Assembly (NCBI GenBank): GCA_022865305.1
Contig: JALHSP010000074.1
Span: 18,413-82,412 of the forward strand
Direction: 5' to 3'
Origin: Bacteroidales bacterium
GTDB lineage: Bacteria; Bacteroidota; Bacteroidia; Bacteroidales; VadinHA17
Length of the DNA: 64,000 nucleotides
Part shown: piece by piece, positions 28,933 through 38,781 of the stretch
Layout: each line of letters begins with the position of its first letter
Numbering within the stretch: position 1 is the first letter of the stretch
The notes under the pieces: generated by a model
The model's database searches: none
What the model saw: only the letters and a program-made list of their open reading frames with translations
Told to the model about the DNA's origin: nothing
Translations under genes and position numbers: made by a program

Positions 28933-29562
28933 CTAGTTTCTGCTTTCAAACAGCACAAAATTCATTAACTTCAAATACTCCAGCAATACAATCTCAATCC
29001 CATCCTTGCTCTTCCACCACTTCTTCGCGTTAAAGTCTGTATATGAACTTGGTATGCAATATAAACAAATATCTTTCTGCGATTTTCTGAGAGTATTCTT
29101 AAAGATCATATATGCCCTGCGCATATGGTGAGCTGATGTGACCAGAAGCAATGTATCGATTTCAGGTTTATTTGCTATGTATTCCCTGATGATCATGGCT
29201 TCCTGCTGAGTGCTTTGAGCTCCGCCCGGAAGGATTATTACTTTCTCAGCCGGAATTCCCAAAGCGATGGCTGTGTTACCTGCCTGTCTGGAACTGCTTA
29301 TTATATCTGCTCCCCGTGCTTTAAGTTCCTCGTAACCGTCCATCTCTACCTCTACGATAAATAACAGGTCAGCTAATCCGGATTGGTACAGATCTGCCGC
29401 CTGCAGGATCCTGTCAGAAATTGAGCCCATGAGTACCACAATACCATCTGCATGAATAATATCATCTTTCTTGACCAACCATAATCCAGCCATGCGGCAA
29501 CCGCCGACATACACTATAACAAATAAGAGAAATGTACTAAAAATGAATATTCTTTGATTCAT
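28933..29562 (-). CDS. YdcF/ElyC/SanA (DUF218) family protein
   Basis: N-terminal anchor, ..GIVVLMGS..DRILQAADLY.., GGAQSTQQEAMIIREYI, LLLVTSAHHMRRAYMIF. Confidence 0.8.
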   Translation of the reverse strand: MNQRIFIFSTFLLFVIVYVGGCRMAGLWLVKKDDIIHADGIVVLMGSISDRILQAADLYQSGLADLLFIVEVEMDGYEELKARGADIISSSRQAGNTAIALGIPAEKVIILPGGAQSTQQEAMIIREYIANKPEIDTLLLVTSAHHMRRAYMIFKNTLRKSQKDICLYCIPSSYTDFNAKKWWKSKDGIEIVLLEYLKLMNFVLFESRN

Positions 29563-29576
29563 GGCAGAATTTCTTA

Positions 29577-30563
29577 CTATATAGAATCATGCAGACAGGC
29601 AAACATGCTCCAGTTAGCAAAACTTTTTAAAATTGTTTCAAAGTTTAAATTTAGCGGAAGTACAACCATGTTTTTGGCTTTCTGTTTAATAAAACCTAAC
29701 TGCCATAATTTGCTCATATTAAATGAAGAATTATGCGTCAGAGTCAAAATGCTAATATCCATTTTTTTTGCAATCTCAATTGCTGTTTTTAAAAGATCAT
29801 ATGTGATTTTCGGGCAACCGATTAATTCAACGATAAACATTTCTTTGTAAGAATTTCGCCGATTAACAGTGAAAATCGCTGATGATGCATATTTACCTTT
29901 TTCAAGATATATCATACCATAATGCCTTCTGGGATGCTGCAGATACCGCCAGTCAAAATAACCTTTTTTTCTGTGAGGTTTGATATAACTGCTATAATTT
30001 AAATTGTCTTTATCTATTGACTCAAGAAGCGAAATATTAATATTATATACATCATCCAACAGGATCGATTCAGTTTTGTTTGTCTTAAACATCCCATTGA
30101 TAACATTAAAAGGTCTGATCAACCTGACCATCCATGGTATTTTACCCATACTGAACCATCCCAGAGATAAATTTGCATTTATACTTTGATTATTCGGGAA
30201 ATTAAACAAAAAAGAAGGATTGTCTTTTCTGATAACTTCAAGTCCGTGTAACCGCATATTCTTGAATAAACTCTTACCCCTGGCTCCTGGGTGAACTACT
30301 GAATCGCAGGGTTGATAAGCCTTGTACACCTCACCTCTGACATTGAATTCCCACGGCCACAAATTATCCACACCGATTATTTCATTGTCTGATTCAGCAA
30401 CTGTAAGTACTGATTTGCCAAACGGAGACATTGTAAACTTCCATTTCCAGTATTGATCCCCTCTCAATACATCAGAACGCTGCTGATTCATAAAGACATT
30501 ATTTAGCAGGTGTAAAATATTGTCTTTATCATTTTCACCTGCTAACCGGATTGTAGGTTCCAT
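29577..30563 (-). CDS. GNAT family acyltransferase (large, 328 aa)
   Basis: IRLAGENDKDNILHLLNNVF.., ..VVHPGARGKSLFKNM... The C-terminal extension is as in Eis-like GNATs. Confidence 0.6.
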   Translation of the reverse strand: MEPTIRLAGENDKDNILHLLNNVFMNQQRSDVLRGDQYWKWKFTMSPFGKSVLTVAESDNEIIGVDNLWPWEFNVRGEVYKAYQPCDSVVHPGARGKSLFKNMRLHGLEVIRKDNPSFLFNFPNNQSINANLSLGWFSMGKIPWMVRLIRPFNVINGMFKTNKTESILLDDVYNINISLLESIDKDNLNYSSYIKPHRKKGYFDWRYLQHPRRHYGMIYLEKGKYASSAIFTVNRRNSYKEMFIVELIGCPKITYDLLKTAIEIAKKMDISILTLTHNSSFNMSKLWQLGFIKQKAKNMVVLPLNLNFETILKSFANWSMFACLHDSI

Positions 30564-30648
30564 ATTGTTATATATGATTTTTAAAGAGCATGTCAGAAAT
30601 AATTACCTGCTTTACACAAGTTTATACTGCCAGGTGTGCATTCAGCAT

Positions 30649-31863
30649 TTATTCATAAACAACTGTTCTTAAATGGTTCATTATAATCTCATAACCACGA
30701 GAGGTTGTATATTCTTTTTCCAGCAGTTTTCGCGCATTTAGACCCATAAGCAATCTTTCTTCCTGATTTTCGCTGAAAAATTTAATTGCTTCAATAAATG
30801 AAACCATATCTCCATGAATCAGTGTTATTCCGCAACGGTTTTCTTCTAACATAGCGCCAATATCAGTACTTCTGTTTATTGCGCATAAAACCGGTTTTGA
30901 ATAATCAAGATAAGTCAGTAACCTCGATGGAAACTGAGGTACTGAATAACATTTATCCAGAAGGATTAAACCCACATCGCTGGTTTGCATGATCAGTCTG
31001 AAGTCCTCTGTCGGAAGCCGGCTGTAAAGCAAAACATTTCCACCCTTGAAACTTCTGAAGATGTTTTCAAGAAAATGGAAATGAGTACCCGAGCCACCGA
31101 TCAGAAAAAAAGCTTTAGGATAATCAGCTAGTTTCTTGACTGCCTCGACCAAAAAGCCCAGACCGTGACCTTTACTGAGATTACCGCTGAAGATGAAAAC
31201 ACATGCACCGGACGGTATACCATATTTTCCCCTGATCGCTGCATGGCCCACTGTCGTTAATTCCCCGGTTGGCCTGATCGAATTTGGGCAAACCTCTACC
31301 TTTTCCGGTTTCAAAAACTTGTTTTTTGATATAAGATATTTAACTCCCATGGGAGACATGCAGCCTATGTAGTCAGCTATTTTGTATATCCGTATTTCAT
31401 GGTTCCTCAGGTAAAACCACGGAAGGCTGTATTTGCGGAATATTTTATGGTCAACAGAACCCTGGGGCCATATGTCTTTCAGCAAAAGATAAAACGGGGC
31501 ATTGTTCTTCCTTTTTAATTTACGAAAAAGTGAAGAAAGCGTAATTGGCGGTGTATGGCTTATTAGCAGATCAAATTTAATCTCTGAGAACTGTTTATTT
31601 ATGACTAATGAAATTTTGTATCCGAGGGTTAATAGTGAAATTGATTTTCTGATATTTGAAGTTTTCCGGATCTTGCCGGAGTTTATCCGAAGAACAGTTA
31701 TTCCATTTTCAACAGCTGGCATATGATTGCCCTGAATATTCATATCAGAAGCCGCAATCACATAAACCTTGTGCCCATTGGCCACAAATTCGTCCATCAG
31801 GTCTGAGTAAAGGTTTCTTTCATTTGGAACAGGCCATGCTATTGAAATAAACAGCACTTTCAT
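30649..31863 (-). CDS. glycosyltransferase family 4 (WbuB-like)
   Basis: The ATG at 31863 gives the typical MKVLFISIAWP start. A GT-B C-terminal EX7E-like region is present. Overlaps the upstream GT gene by ~44 nt. Confidence 0.8.
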   Translation of the reverse strand: MKVLFISIAWPVPNERNLYSDLMDEFVANGHKVYVIAASDMNIQGNHMPAVENGITVLRINSGKIRKTSNIRKSISLLTLGYKISLVINKQFSEIKFDLLISHTPPITLSSLFRKLKRKNNAPFYLLLKDIWPQGSVDHKIFRKYSLPWFYLRNHEIRIYKIADYIGCMSPMGVKYLISKNKFLKPEKVEVCPNSIRPTGELTTVGHAAIRGKYGIPSGACVFIFSGNLSKGHGLGFLVEAVKKLADYPKAFFLIGGSGTHFHFLENIFRSFKGGNVLLYSRLPTEDFRLIMQTSDVGLILLDKCYSVPQFPSRLLTYLDYSKPVLCAINRSTDIGAMLEENRCGITLIHGDMVSFIEAIKFFSENQEERLLMGLNARKLLEKEYTTSRGYEIIMNHLRTVVYE

Positions 31864-32926
31864 ATAACTTTTTAATTTGTTCATAAGTTTTGTCCCAGGA
31901 AAATTTTTTCGAATTTTTTATTCCATCTTCAATTATTTCATTGCGAATTTTTTTATCTTTTAATAAAGTAAAACAATGATGAATTTCCTCAATTGACAGC
32001 TCTTTAATTAGCAGTGGCGTCTTGCCTATTATTTCCGGTACCGATGATGCATCGTAAGCAATGACCGGACAACCAGCTTTTTGAGCTTCAATAATCGGGA
32101 TACCAAATCCCTCATATGAAGATGGATACAACAAACAAAAGGCGGCATTATAAAACTGGTTTAGCAAAACATTATCAACACCTGACAAACACTTATATCT
32201 GTCTTCGATTGATTGCTTTTTAATATATGCTATTTCATCCTCAGACAACTCTTTGCCAACAATAACCAGTGATAACTCTGTCTTGCTAACGGCCGCTACG
32301 GCCAATCTAAAGTTCTTATAATTACTCCGGGAGCCCACAAATAATACATAAGTATTTGGAGGATACGGCAGATTCGCATATTTTATCTCAGTAATTGGGA
32401 AATAATCATTAGAGACACCATTATATACAACACTGATTTTGCTCTCTTCAACGTTTGGAATAAATTTTAACAGATCGAATTTGGTATTGTTTGATACACA
32501 AATTATGTAATCTGCTTTTTGTATTGCATTCCTTATCTGTTGACAATGAAGGCACTTTAGAAACCTGTTAATGATTCCTTTAGGTGTAGAAAGGAAATAG
32601 ATAAAATCATGAACTGTTATAAAGTTTATTGCATTTTTGTTCTTAGCTATACGATAACTTGAAGAATGGAAAATAAAAGGTAATCTATAAGCCAATCTTA
32701 CATTAAAAAACCTTCGAAAATTTAGAAAAACTGAATTCCTTAATATCAATTTTGATTGAGGTATATCGATAGTTCTGCGTAATATATTATTTTGGGTACC
32801 CGCATATTCTATGAACTTTACTTCCAAATCCCAGTCATTGGCTAGCCGTCTTACATGTTCGTGCCATACAACAGAAATACCCCCGATTTTTTGATTGGAA
32901 AAAACTATATTCTCTATAAATATCAT
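31820..32926 (-). CDS. glycosyltransferase (GT4/GT1 fold)
   Basis: ..LYPSSYEGFGIPIIEAQKAGCPVIAYDASSVPEI.. (E-x7-E motif). Confidence 0.85.
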   Translation of the reverse strand: MIFIENIVFSNQKIGGISVVWHEHVRRLANDWDLEVKFIEYAGTQNNILRRTIDIPQSKLILRNSVFLNFRRFFNVRLAYRLPFIFHSSSYRIAKNKNAINFITVHDFIYFLSTPKGIINRFLKCLHCQQIRNAIQKADYIICVSNNTKFDLLKFIPNVEESKISVVYNGVSNDYFPITEIKYANLPYPPNTYVLFVGSRSNYKNFRLAVAAVSKTELSLVIVGKELSEDEIAYIKKQSIEDRYKCLSGVDNVLLNQFYNAAFCLLYPSSYEGFGIPIIEAQKAGCPVIAYDASSVPEIIGKTPLLIKELSIEEIHHCFTLLKDKKIRNEIIEDGIKNSKKFSWDKTYEQIKKLYESAVYFNSMACSK

Positions 32927-32996
32927 ATAGAACTTATTCCGGATATTATTTCTACCAAATCAGTTGATGTCAGACATTCGACACCTAACTATCTTT

Positions 32997-34055
32997 TCAC
33001 CTAAAAATGAAATCTAAATACTGCCGTGCAATTTTATCAAAAGCAAGGGTTTCTCTAACATTAAAAGCTTCCAAAGCCAGCGTTTTTCTCAGATTTGGAT
33101 TATCAATAAGGCGGTTTAAGGCAGAGGTCAATGCTTCAACATTATCCGGTTCAACCAAAAGGCCATTCACCCCCTCTTTAATTATATCCTTTGGACCTGC
33201 AACACAATCGCTGCTGATACATGCTAGTGGTACGGACATAGCTTCAATTAAGGCGTTAGGAAAACCCTCATAGAAGGAGGGCAATACGAATATTTCTGAT
33301 TCACCCATTATTTTGCTGAAATCTTTTCTGTGACCATAAAATATTACCCTCTCTGAAATCCCAAGAGATTTAACCTCTTTTTCCAAATTTGTTCTTTCAG
33401 GTCCATCGCCAACAATATGCAGGGTCCACTCTTTTTGTGGTAGCTTGCTAAAAGCACGAATAAGGACAAAATGACCTTTCTCACGAGATAACCTTCCTAA
33501 AGTAACAATCTGATTCTTCTTGACTGAAATGTCTGTATCAACGGCATTAACTGGATTTGGAACTACTGCAATGTTTCTGGCTCCTGTTTTCTCTGCAACT
33601 ATTCTGGCAGCTGTATGCGTCTGAACAATTATACCTCTGGCAAATTTATAAAGTATTTTTCGTGCAATGCTTATAAGAGGATCCATCTTAATCTCAGGCC
33701 CCATGCGATCAAAAACATAAAGAGGGATTCCCAAAAACCTTGTAGATAAAATCACAAATGGATTAAACCACTCTCCATAACTAAGCAAGACATCCGGTTT
33801 TATTCTTTTTATAGCTCTTCTTAAAAATGGTAAAATCAAAAATGCGTATCTTAACCGGTGATGTTTGCTACGTTCTACCTTTGGCCAGATTATCTTAATA
33901 CTTCCTTCAAGTGTATAAAATTGTTCGGTTTTATATAGGTTAATGACTGAAATCTGGTATCCTTTCCCTGCAAGATAATTGGCAAAACTTGTAAGAGATC
34001 TTTCCTGACCGCCACCTCTTAATCCACCTCCAATGAAACAGATTTTGCTACTCAT
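32997..34055 (-). CDS. glycosyltransferase family 4
   Basis: MSSKICFIGGGLRGGGQERS.., VLPSFYEGFPNALIEAMSVPLACISSDCVAGPKDII. Confidence 0.9.
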   Translation of the reverse strand: MSSKICFIGGGLRGGGQERSLTSFANYLAGKGYQISVINLYKTEQFYTLEGSIKIIWPKVERSKHHRLRYAFLILPFLRRAIKRIKPDVLLSYGEWFNPFVILSTRFLGIPLYVFDRMGPEIKMDPLISIARKILYKFARGIIVQTHTAARIVAEKTGARNIAVVPNPVNAVDTDISVKKNQIVTLGRLSREKGHFVLIRAFSKLPQKEWTLHIVGDGPERTNLEKEVKSLGISERVIFYGHRKDFSKIMGESEIFVLPSFYEGFPNALIEAMSVPLACISSDCVAGPKDIIKEGVNGLLVEPDNVEALTSALNRLIDNPNLRKTLALEAFNVRETLAFDKIARQYLDFIFR

Positions 34056-35064
34056 TTGAATTCTTTAATACAACATCAACCATCCATCCGTATGGATTGA
34101 ATTTGCCTTCAATCCAATTCATCGATCTGTCCCAATAACCAGGGCAGGGATCATATCCTTCCGGGACAAATCCATAACTCATTTCCAATAACTTTGGTGT
34201 TTTATTATCATAGACAAAATCAAATGCAACACATTGCACCTCAAGTTTATCAGCTAGGTCAAATGCTAATTCTATCGTGCTTTCATCGAAAAGATCTTTT
34301 TCATATAAAATATTACCACTACCCGAAGCCCTGAAATCTTTCTTTCGGACCAGACGTTTTATCGCGAAGGCTTTACTGTCAATGACAACTACTCTTATAT
34401 CAAAGTTGTTCCCGGGAATAAAATCCTGAAAGTAAATGTAGCCTTGCTCCCGACCTTTTATTTTTGAAAACTTCGGTGGAAAGAAAAGATGTACAAATCC
34501 TTTTATTATATCATATAACGTGGCTTTTCCTAAATTAAATTTCCTTATTATTTCTTTAAAATTTGACCAGTAACTATAATTACTAAATCCCCTTCCAAAA
34601 GCTTTCCGAATCATTTTCTCTGCTATATATCGATTTTTTACCAGCTTCACATTGGCTGAACCTGCTCCGCCTCTAAGCTTAAAAATTTTTGGAAAGGTTG
34701 TTTTCTTTACCCATTCCAAAGCTTCTCTTTTATCATAAAACACATACGTGGGGACTAAGGGAGCTCCTATCGCCTTTAATATATATTTCTGCCCCAGTTT
34801 GTCGTCAAAATGCCAGCCTGTTCTGAAATCAGGAAAAACCTTTTTACCTGATTGCTCTAAGGCAAACAAAAGCTGTTTGGCAAAAAGAATCGCCCTGGGA
34901 TTAGTTTGGAAATGATGCCACATAAGTGCATAGCAATCACTCAATTGTTCAATAATATTATTATTATAGCAATTTACTAGCTTATATGCAACACCTTTTT
35001 GCTCGCAATAGTTTATCCAGCGGTTACTAAATGAATGGTTTGAATTATGAATCGCTATTTTCAT
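34048..35064 (-). CDS. ATP-grasp domain protein (second ligase of this fold in the locus)
   Basis: ..PKIFKLRGGAGSANVKLV.., FQDFIPGNNFDIRVVVI.., FRASGSGNI.., CVAFDFV.. are typical ATP-grasp strand and loop patterns. Confidence 0.65.
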   Translation of the reverse strand: MKIAIHNSNHSFSNRWINYCEQKGVAYKLVNCYNNNIIEQLSDCYALMWHHFQTNPRAILFAKQLLFALEQSGKKVFPDFRTGWHFDDKLGQKYILKAIGAPLVPTYVFYDKREALEWVKKTTFPKIFKLRGGAGSANVKLVKNRYIAEKMIRKAFGRGFSNYSYWSNFKEIIRKFNLGKATLYDIIKGFVHLFFPPKFSKIKGREQGYIYFQDFIPGNNFDIRVVVIDSKAFAIKRLVRKKDFRASGSGNILYEKDLFDESTIELAFDLADKLEVQCVAFDFVYDNKTPKLLEMSYGFVPEGYDPCPGYWDRSMNWIEGKFNPYGWMVDVVLKNSNE

Positions 35065-35154
35065 GGGTAATTACGATGACTCCCCTAATCCGGGAGGTAA
35101 AATGCTTTCTATGAAATTATTATTATATTGTTTTACTTTTAAACAATATAATTT

Positions 35155-36258
35155 TTAGTCTCTCCCTTTAATAATTTCCAACAATCTATCCGAACTTATG
35201 AATTCCACATCCGGCCATCTTTTAATAATTTCTGCTAAAAGTAAATTCAATTGTGTTAAGTTGTTCTCTCTGTTCTCCCGATGAATTGATCCAATATAAT
35301 TTATCCGATGTGAAGAAATGATAGCAGGTTTTTTCCAAAGAAAAGCTGTTTGAATTTCATAAATACACTTCTTTATATTAGAGCTTGCATCAGTAGTTGG
35401 TTCAAAAGAGCAATTTCTAATAAAATAGTATTGCCCATATACATTTTTAGATCCCATCCAGTGAGTAATGTTTTTATTATTTGGAACAATTTGCTGCAAA
35501 GCCCCCTGGAATCCATAAACGCCATATTCCATTAATGTCTTTTCTAATTCAGGTCTCCAGGTATAACATGGCGCCATAAATGTCATTGAACGAAATCCAA
35601 AGATCCTTTCAAACAAATTTAATCCATCCTTAATTATTAAGTCCAACTGCGCTGTTTTTTCAAATCCGGCATCATTTAATGCTACCATTATCTGATTACC
35701 TTTAAAATGATTATTTTTCGGGAATATCCCAATCATACCGTACTTAAAGGCAAGTAGAATATCTTCATCATTATTTTGAAGTGCATTCATCCACACTGCA
35801 ACATTTAAGTGTTCACGCCCATGAAATTGAGGAATAAAGATATTTTCATTTAAACCTTGTTCCAATAATTTAAAAGAACTCTCATAATTATATCTTTTCA
35901 ACGTTTCAGTAAAAGGTTCAAAGTAATATTCTTGAAAATCACTTTCTTTTATCTTATTAAAATCCGGATTCGCAACAACACAATTAGCCGTTATTATAGG
36001 ATGATTCCCGTTTCTGTCTTTATATTTTAAAAGAACTTCAAATAAGGCTATCAGGTCTTCCTCACTTGCCAATGAATCATATTTTTCATAAGGATGTAAA
36101 TCCACACGATATCCTTGTTTAAATAATTTATCATACACCTCTTTTGATGGCATCCTTATACTCCCCCAATCGTCACTCTCAATTACGACTATTTTCCGAT
36201 TGGTTCGCCAACCGGGGATATTTATTACATGATGGATTATTTTATGAGACGAAAACAT
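35155..36258 (-). CDS. 'DDWGS' family protein, paralog of 25354-26472
   Basis: IVVIESDDWGSIRMPSKEVYDKL, IPQFHGREH, SSHRINYIGS. Colinear with the paralog at roughly 40-45% identity. Confidence 0.65.
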   Translation of the reverse strand: MFSSHKIIHHVINIPGWRTNRKIVVIESDDWGSIRMPSKEVYDKLFKQGYRVDLHPYEKYDSLASEEDLIALFEVLLKYKDRNGNHPIITANCVVANPDFNKIKESDFQEYYFEPFTETLKRYNYESSFKLLEQGLNENIFIPQFHGREHLNVAVWMNALQNNDEDILLAFKYGMIGIFPKNNHFKGNQIMVALNDAGFEKTAQLDLIIKDGLNLFERIFGFRSMTFMAPCYTWRPELEKTLMEYGVYGFQGALQQIVPNNKNITHWMGSKNVYGQYYFIRNCSFEPTTDASSNIKKCIYEIQTAFLWKKPAIISSHRINYIGSIHRENRENNLTQLNLLLAEIIKRWPDVEFISSDRLLEIIKGRD

Positions 36259-36282
36259 TGGCAGATTAAAAGATAATTACTC

Positions 36283-37512
36283 TCAGATCCTGAATTGGTC
36301 AATTAAATACTTAATTATTGACTGTTTTGAAAAGTGTTGCTTCCCAAGTTCAGCTATCCGGTTTCTTTCAAACTTCATATTTATCAGAGAATTAAAATTA
36401 AAACGATCAGGATATTTTAATTCTGTTTCTTTCAATAGAAATCCAACTTCTTTCTCAACAGTGTACGTTGAATAATCCCCTACACCTTCAGAAATTATTA
36501 CTGGTAAACCACATAACATGTACTCAGCAAATTTAGTTGGTGATGCAACATTATTCATAATGGTGTTTTCCCTGAATAAAATCCCAAAGTCTGCTGCATT
36601 AAGATATTTGCATACTTCATTATTGGGTACTGAAAATGAAATTAGCTTTTGTTTTAATGCAGGGTATTGAACTAGGGCTTTTTCCACACCTGCCTTATCC
36701 TTTGTAAGAAACATAAAAAATAAATCTTCTTTGTAATTATTCAATTCATTAAAGAATGCAAACATTTGTTCTGACACATGCCATTCATTCGCGATTCCAC
36801 CTGAATAAATAAAAACTAAAGTGCTTTCGCGGACACCAAGTTCATTGCGTATTCTCAAACGAAGATCTGAGTCATAATAAAATTTTTCCAAATCAGACAG
36901 GGATGGATAATTTACAAATTTAGTCTTTGCAGCAGCAAACGTATTTATGAAATAATTCATAAGAACGTTTGATACGGAAAATATTTTATTGGCTGATAAA
37001 ATTGTTTGGTATTCAAGATAATAAACATTGGCTATTGTTAAATACTTACTACGAGTGAAGTTCTGTTGCTTTATTGCGATGTATTTTTTTTCTTCAGCAG
37101 AAGCTGCCCTTGCATCATAGTAAAAGATGATTTTACATTTAGTAATTTTTCGCAGGTATTTTATTTCTTTACCAATCAGTGCTCTTGAAAAAATCAATAC
37201 TTCATCATTCTGTATTAAATGCCGGAATATTTTTAGATAAATAATTATAGTATTTATTATCGCAAATAAGCCTTTACTAGGCAGTAAGAAGAGAAAACCT
37301 TTGAATAAGTTAGTGCTTTTATGTATTCCAGCCAGTTGCTGTTTAATATAACCGGGTTTTATTATCTCTTTAATGCGGAATACCTGGATTAATTCAAACT
37401 TTACACCATACTTACGGTACAAATTAAGCCAATCCAGTACCTGTGTCTGAAAAACAGTTCCACTAAAATCTAAACAATTCAAATATATGAAATCCCTTTC
37501 CTTAATATTCAT
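36283..37512 (-). CDS. glycosyltransferase (GT-B fold, GT4-like)
   Basis: C-terminal ..PTKFAEYMLCGLPVIISEGVGD.. The N-terminal half is divergent. Confidence 0.65.
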   Translation of the reverse strand: MNIKERDFIYLNCLDFSGTVFQTQVLDWLNLYRKYGVKFELIQVFRIKEIIKPGYIKQQLAGIHKSTNLFKGFLFLLPSKGLFAIINTIIIYLKIFRHLIQNDEVLIFSRALIGKEIKYLRKITKCKIIFYYDARAASAEEKKYIAIKQQNFTRSKYLTIANVYYLEYQTILSANKIFSVSNVLMNYFINTFAAAKTKFVNYPSLSDLEKFYYDSDLRLRIRNELGVRESTLVFIYSGGIANEWHVSEQMFAFFNELNNYKEDLFFMFLTKDKAGVEKALVQYPALKQKLISFSVPNNEVCKYLNAADFGILFRENTIMNNVASPTKFAEYMLCGLPVIISEGVGDYSTYTVEKEVGFLLKETELKYPDRFNFNSLINMKFERNRIAELGKQHFSKQSIIKYLIDQFRI

Positions 37513-37553
37513 AACATATTTATTGAATTCCAGTGATATTCTTTGAATAAATA

Positions 37554-38660
37554 TCAGTATACTATTTTACTGATAATATCTACTATACGTTGAGCTGCTT
37601 TGCCATCCCACATTGGTGGTATTACCCCTCTCTTCCATTCACTATTAAATAGCTTTGTAAGTGCAGGTTTAATACAATCAGGATTAGTGCTAATCAGCTC
37701 ATTTGTCCCTAAAGAAACAGTTTCCGGCCGTTCCGTATTATCTCTCAAGGTGATACATGGTACGCCCATAACTGTAGTTTCCTCTGTTATACCCCCTGAA
37801 TCGGTGATGACAGCTTTTGCGTGTTGTACAAGATAGTTGAATTCAAGGTAGCCGAGCGGCTGGAGAAGGTGTAAGTTGTAAGCAGTGAGTAGTGAGTGGT
37901 GAGATATAAGGTCATTAATTTTTTTAGCTGTCCGCGGGTGAACCGGGAAAATGATAGGAATATTCTGTGATGATTCAATGATAGCTTCCAGTAACGCCTT
38001 TAGCTGTAAGTCGTTATCAACATTATTTGGCCTGTGAAGTGTAATTACGAGGTAATTACCTTCCTGAAGTCCGAATTCTTCCCATATCTCTGGCTTCCGA
38101 AACCTAGTCTGGTTGGCTAGAAGCGTGTCAATCATTACATTGCCGACAAAGTAAATACGTTTCTCAGGGACTCCGGCTTTTCGTAAATTATCATTTGCTG
38201 TTTCACTTGTTGTAAAGAAATAATCGGCTAGACAGTCTGTAACCATCCGGTTGATCTCCTCAGGCATTGTAAGATCAAAAGATCGCAGGCCACCTTCAAC
38301 ATGAGCTACCCTGGTAATCATTTTCTTGGCCACAATTGCACATGCCATAGTAGAGGTCACATCTCCGACAACAATCACCAGGTCAGCAGGATTTAATAAT
38401 AAATACTTTTCATAAGCAATCATGATTGCTGCAGTTTGCTCAGCCTGTGTTCCTCCTCCACAACCCAGGTTGACATCAGGCGAAGGAATGTTGAGTTCTT
38501 TGAAGAAAGCGTTACTCATCTTCTCATCATAATGCTGACCTGTATGAACTAACCTATAAGAAATATCATGTCCTTTCTCCTTCGCTTCATGAATTGCATT
38601 AATTATGGGTGCAATCTTCATGAAGTTTGGTCGTGCACCGGCAATGAGATGGAGTTTCAT
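37554..38660 (-). CDS. wecB: UDP-N-acetylglucosamine 2-epimerase (non-hydrolysing)
   Basis: MKLHLIAGARPNFMKIAPI, HTGQHYD, VVGDVTSTMACA, HVEGGLRSFD, PEEINR, VITDSGGITEETTVMGVPCITLRDNTERPETV. Confidence 0.92.
   Translation of the reverse strand: MKLHLIAGARPNFMKIAPIINAIHEAKEKGHDISYRLVHTGQHYDEKMSNAFFKELNIPSPDVNLGCGGGTQAEQTAAIMIAYEKYLLLNPADLVIVVGDVTSTMACAIVAKKMITRVAHVEGGLRSFDLTMPEEINRMVTDCLADYFFTTSETANDNLRKAGVPEKRIYFVGNVMIDTLLANQTRFRKPEIWEEFGLQEGNYLVITLHRPNNVDNDLQLKALLEAIIESSQNIPIIFPVHPRTAKKINDLISHHSLLTAYNLHLLQPLGYLEFNYLVQHAKAVITDSGGITEETTVMGVPCITLRDNTERPETVSLGTNELISTNPDCIKPALTKLFNSEWKRGVIPPMWDGKAAQRIVDIISKIVY
37871..37905. repeat. heptamer array (GTRAGNN x5) inside the wecB coding sequence
   Basis: gtaagtt gtaagca gtgagta gtgagtg gtgagat encodes ISHHSLLTAYNL on the minus strand. 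Confidence 0.75.
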
Positions 38661-38697
38661 AGTTCTCTGGATGGCATTTATTACTGATAAATTATAT

Positions 38698-38781
38698 GAC
38701 CGAAGACCGAAGATCGATGTATTAGGTTCAACTCCTGTCTTCCGTCTTCCGTCTTCCGTCTTCCGCCTTCAACCTTCCTCA
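38698..38781. repeat. empty zipper hairpin: (GACCGAA)x3, 14-nt loop, (TTCCGTC)x5-7
   Basis: gaccgaa gaccgaa gatcgat | gtattaggttcaac | tcctgtc ttccgtc ttccgtc ttccgtc ttccgcc ttcaacc ttcctca. Six of 7 positions pair per unit. The right arm runs into the stop codon and last 7 codons of 38769-40940. Confidence 0.8.
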
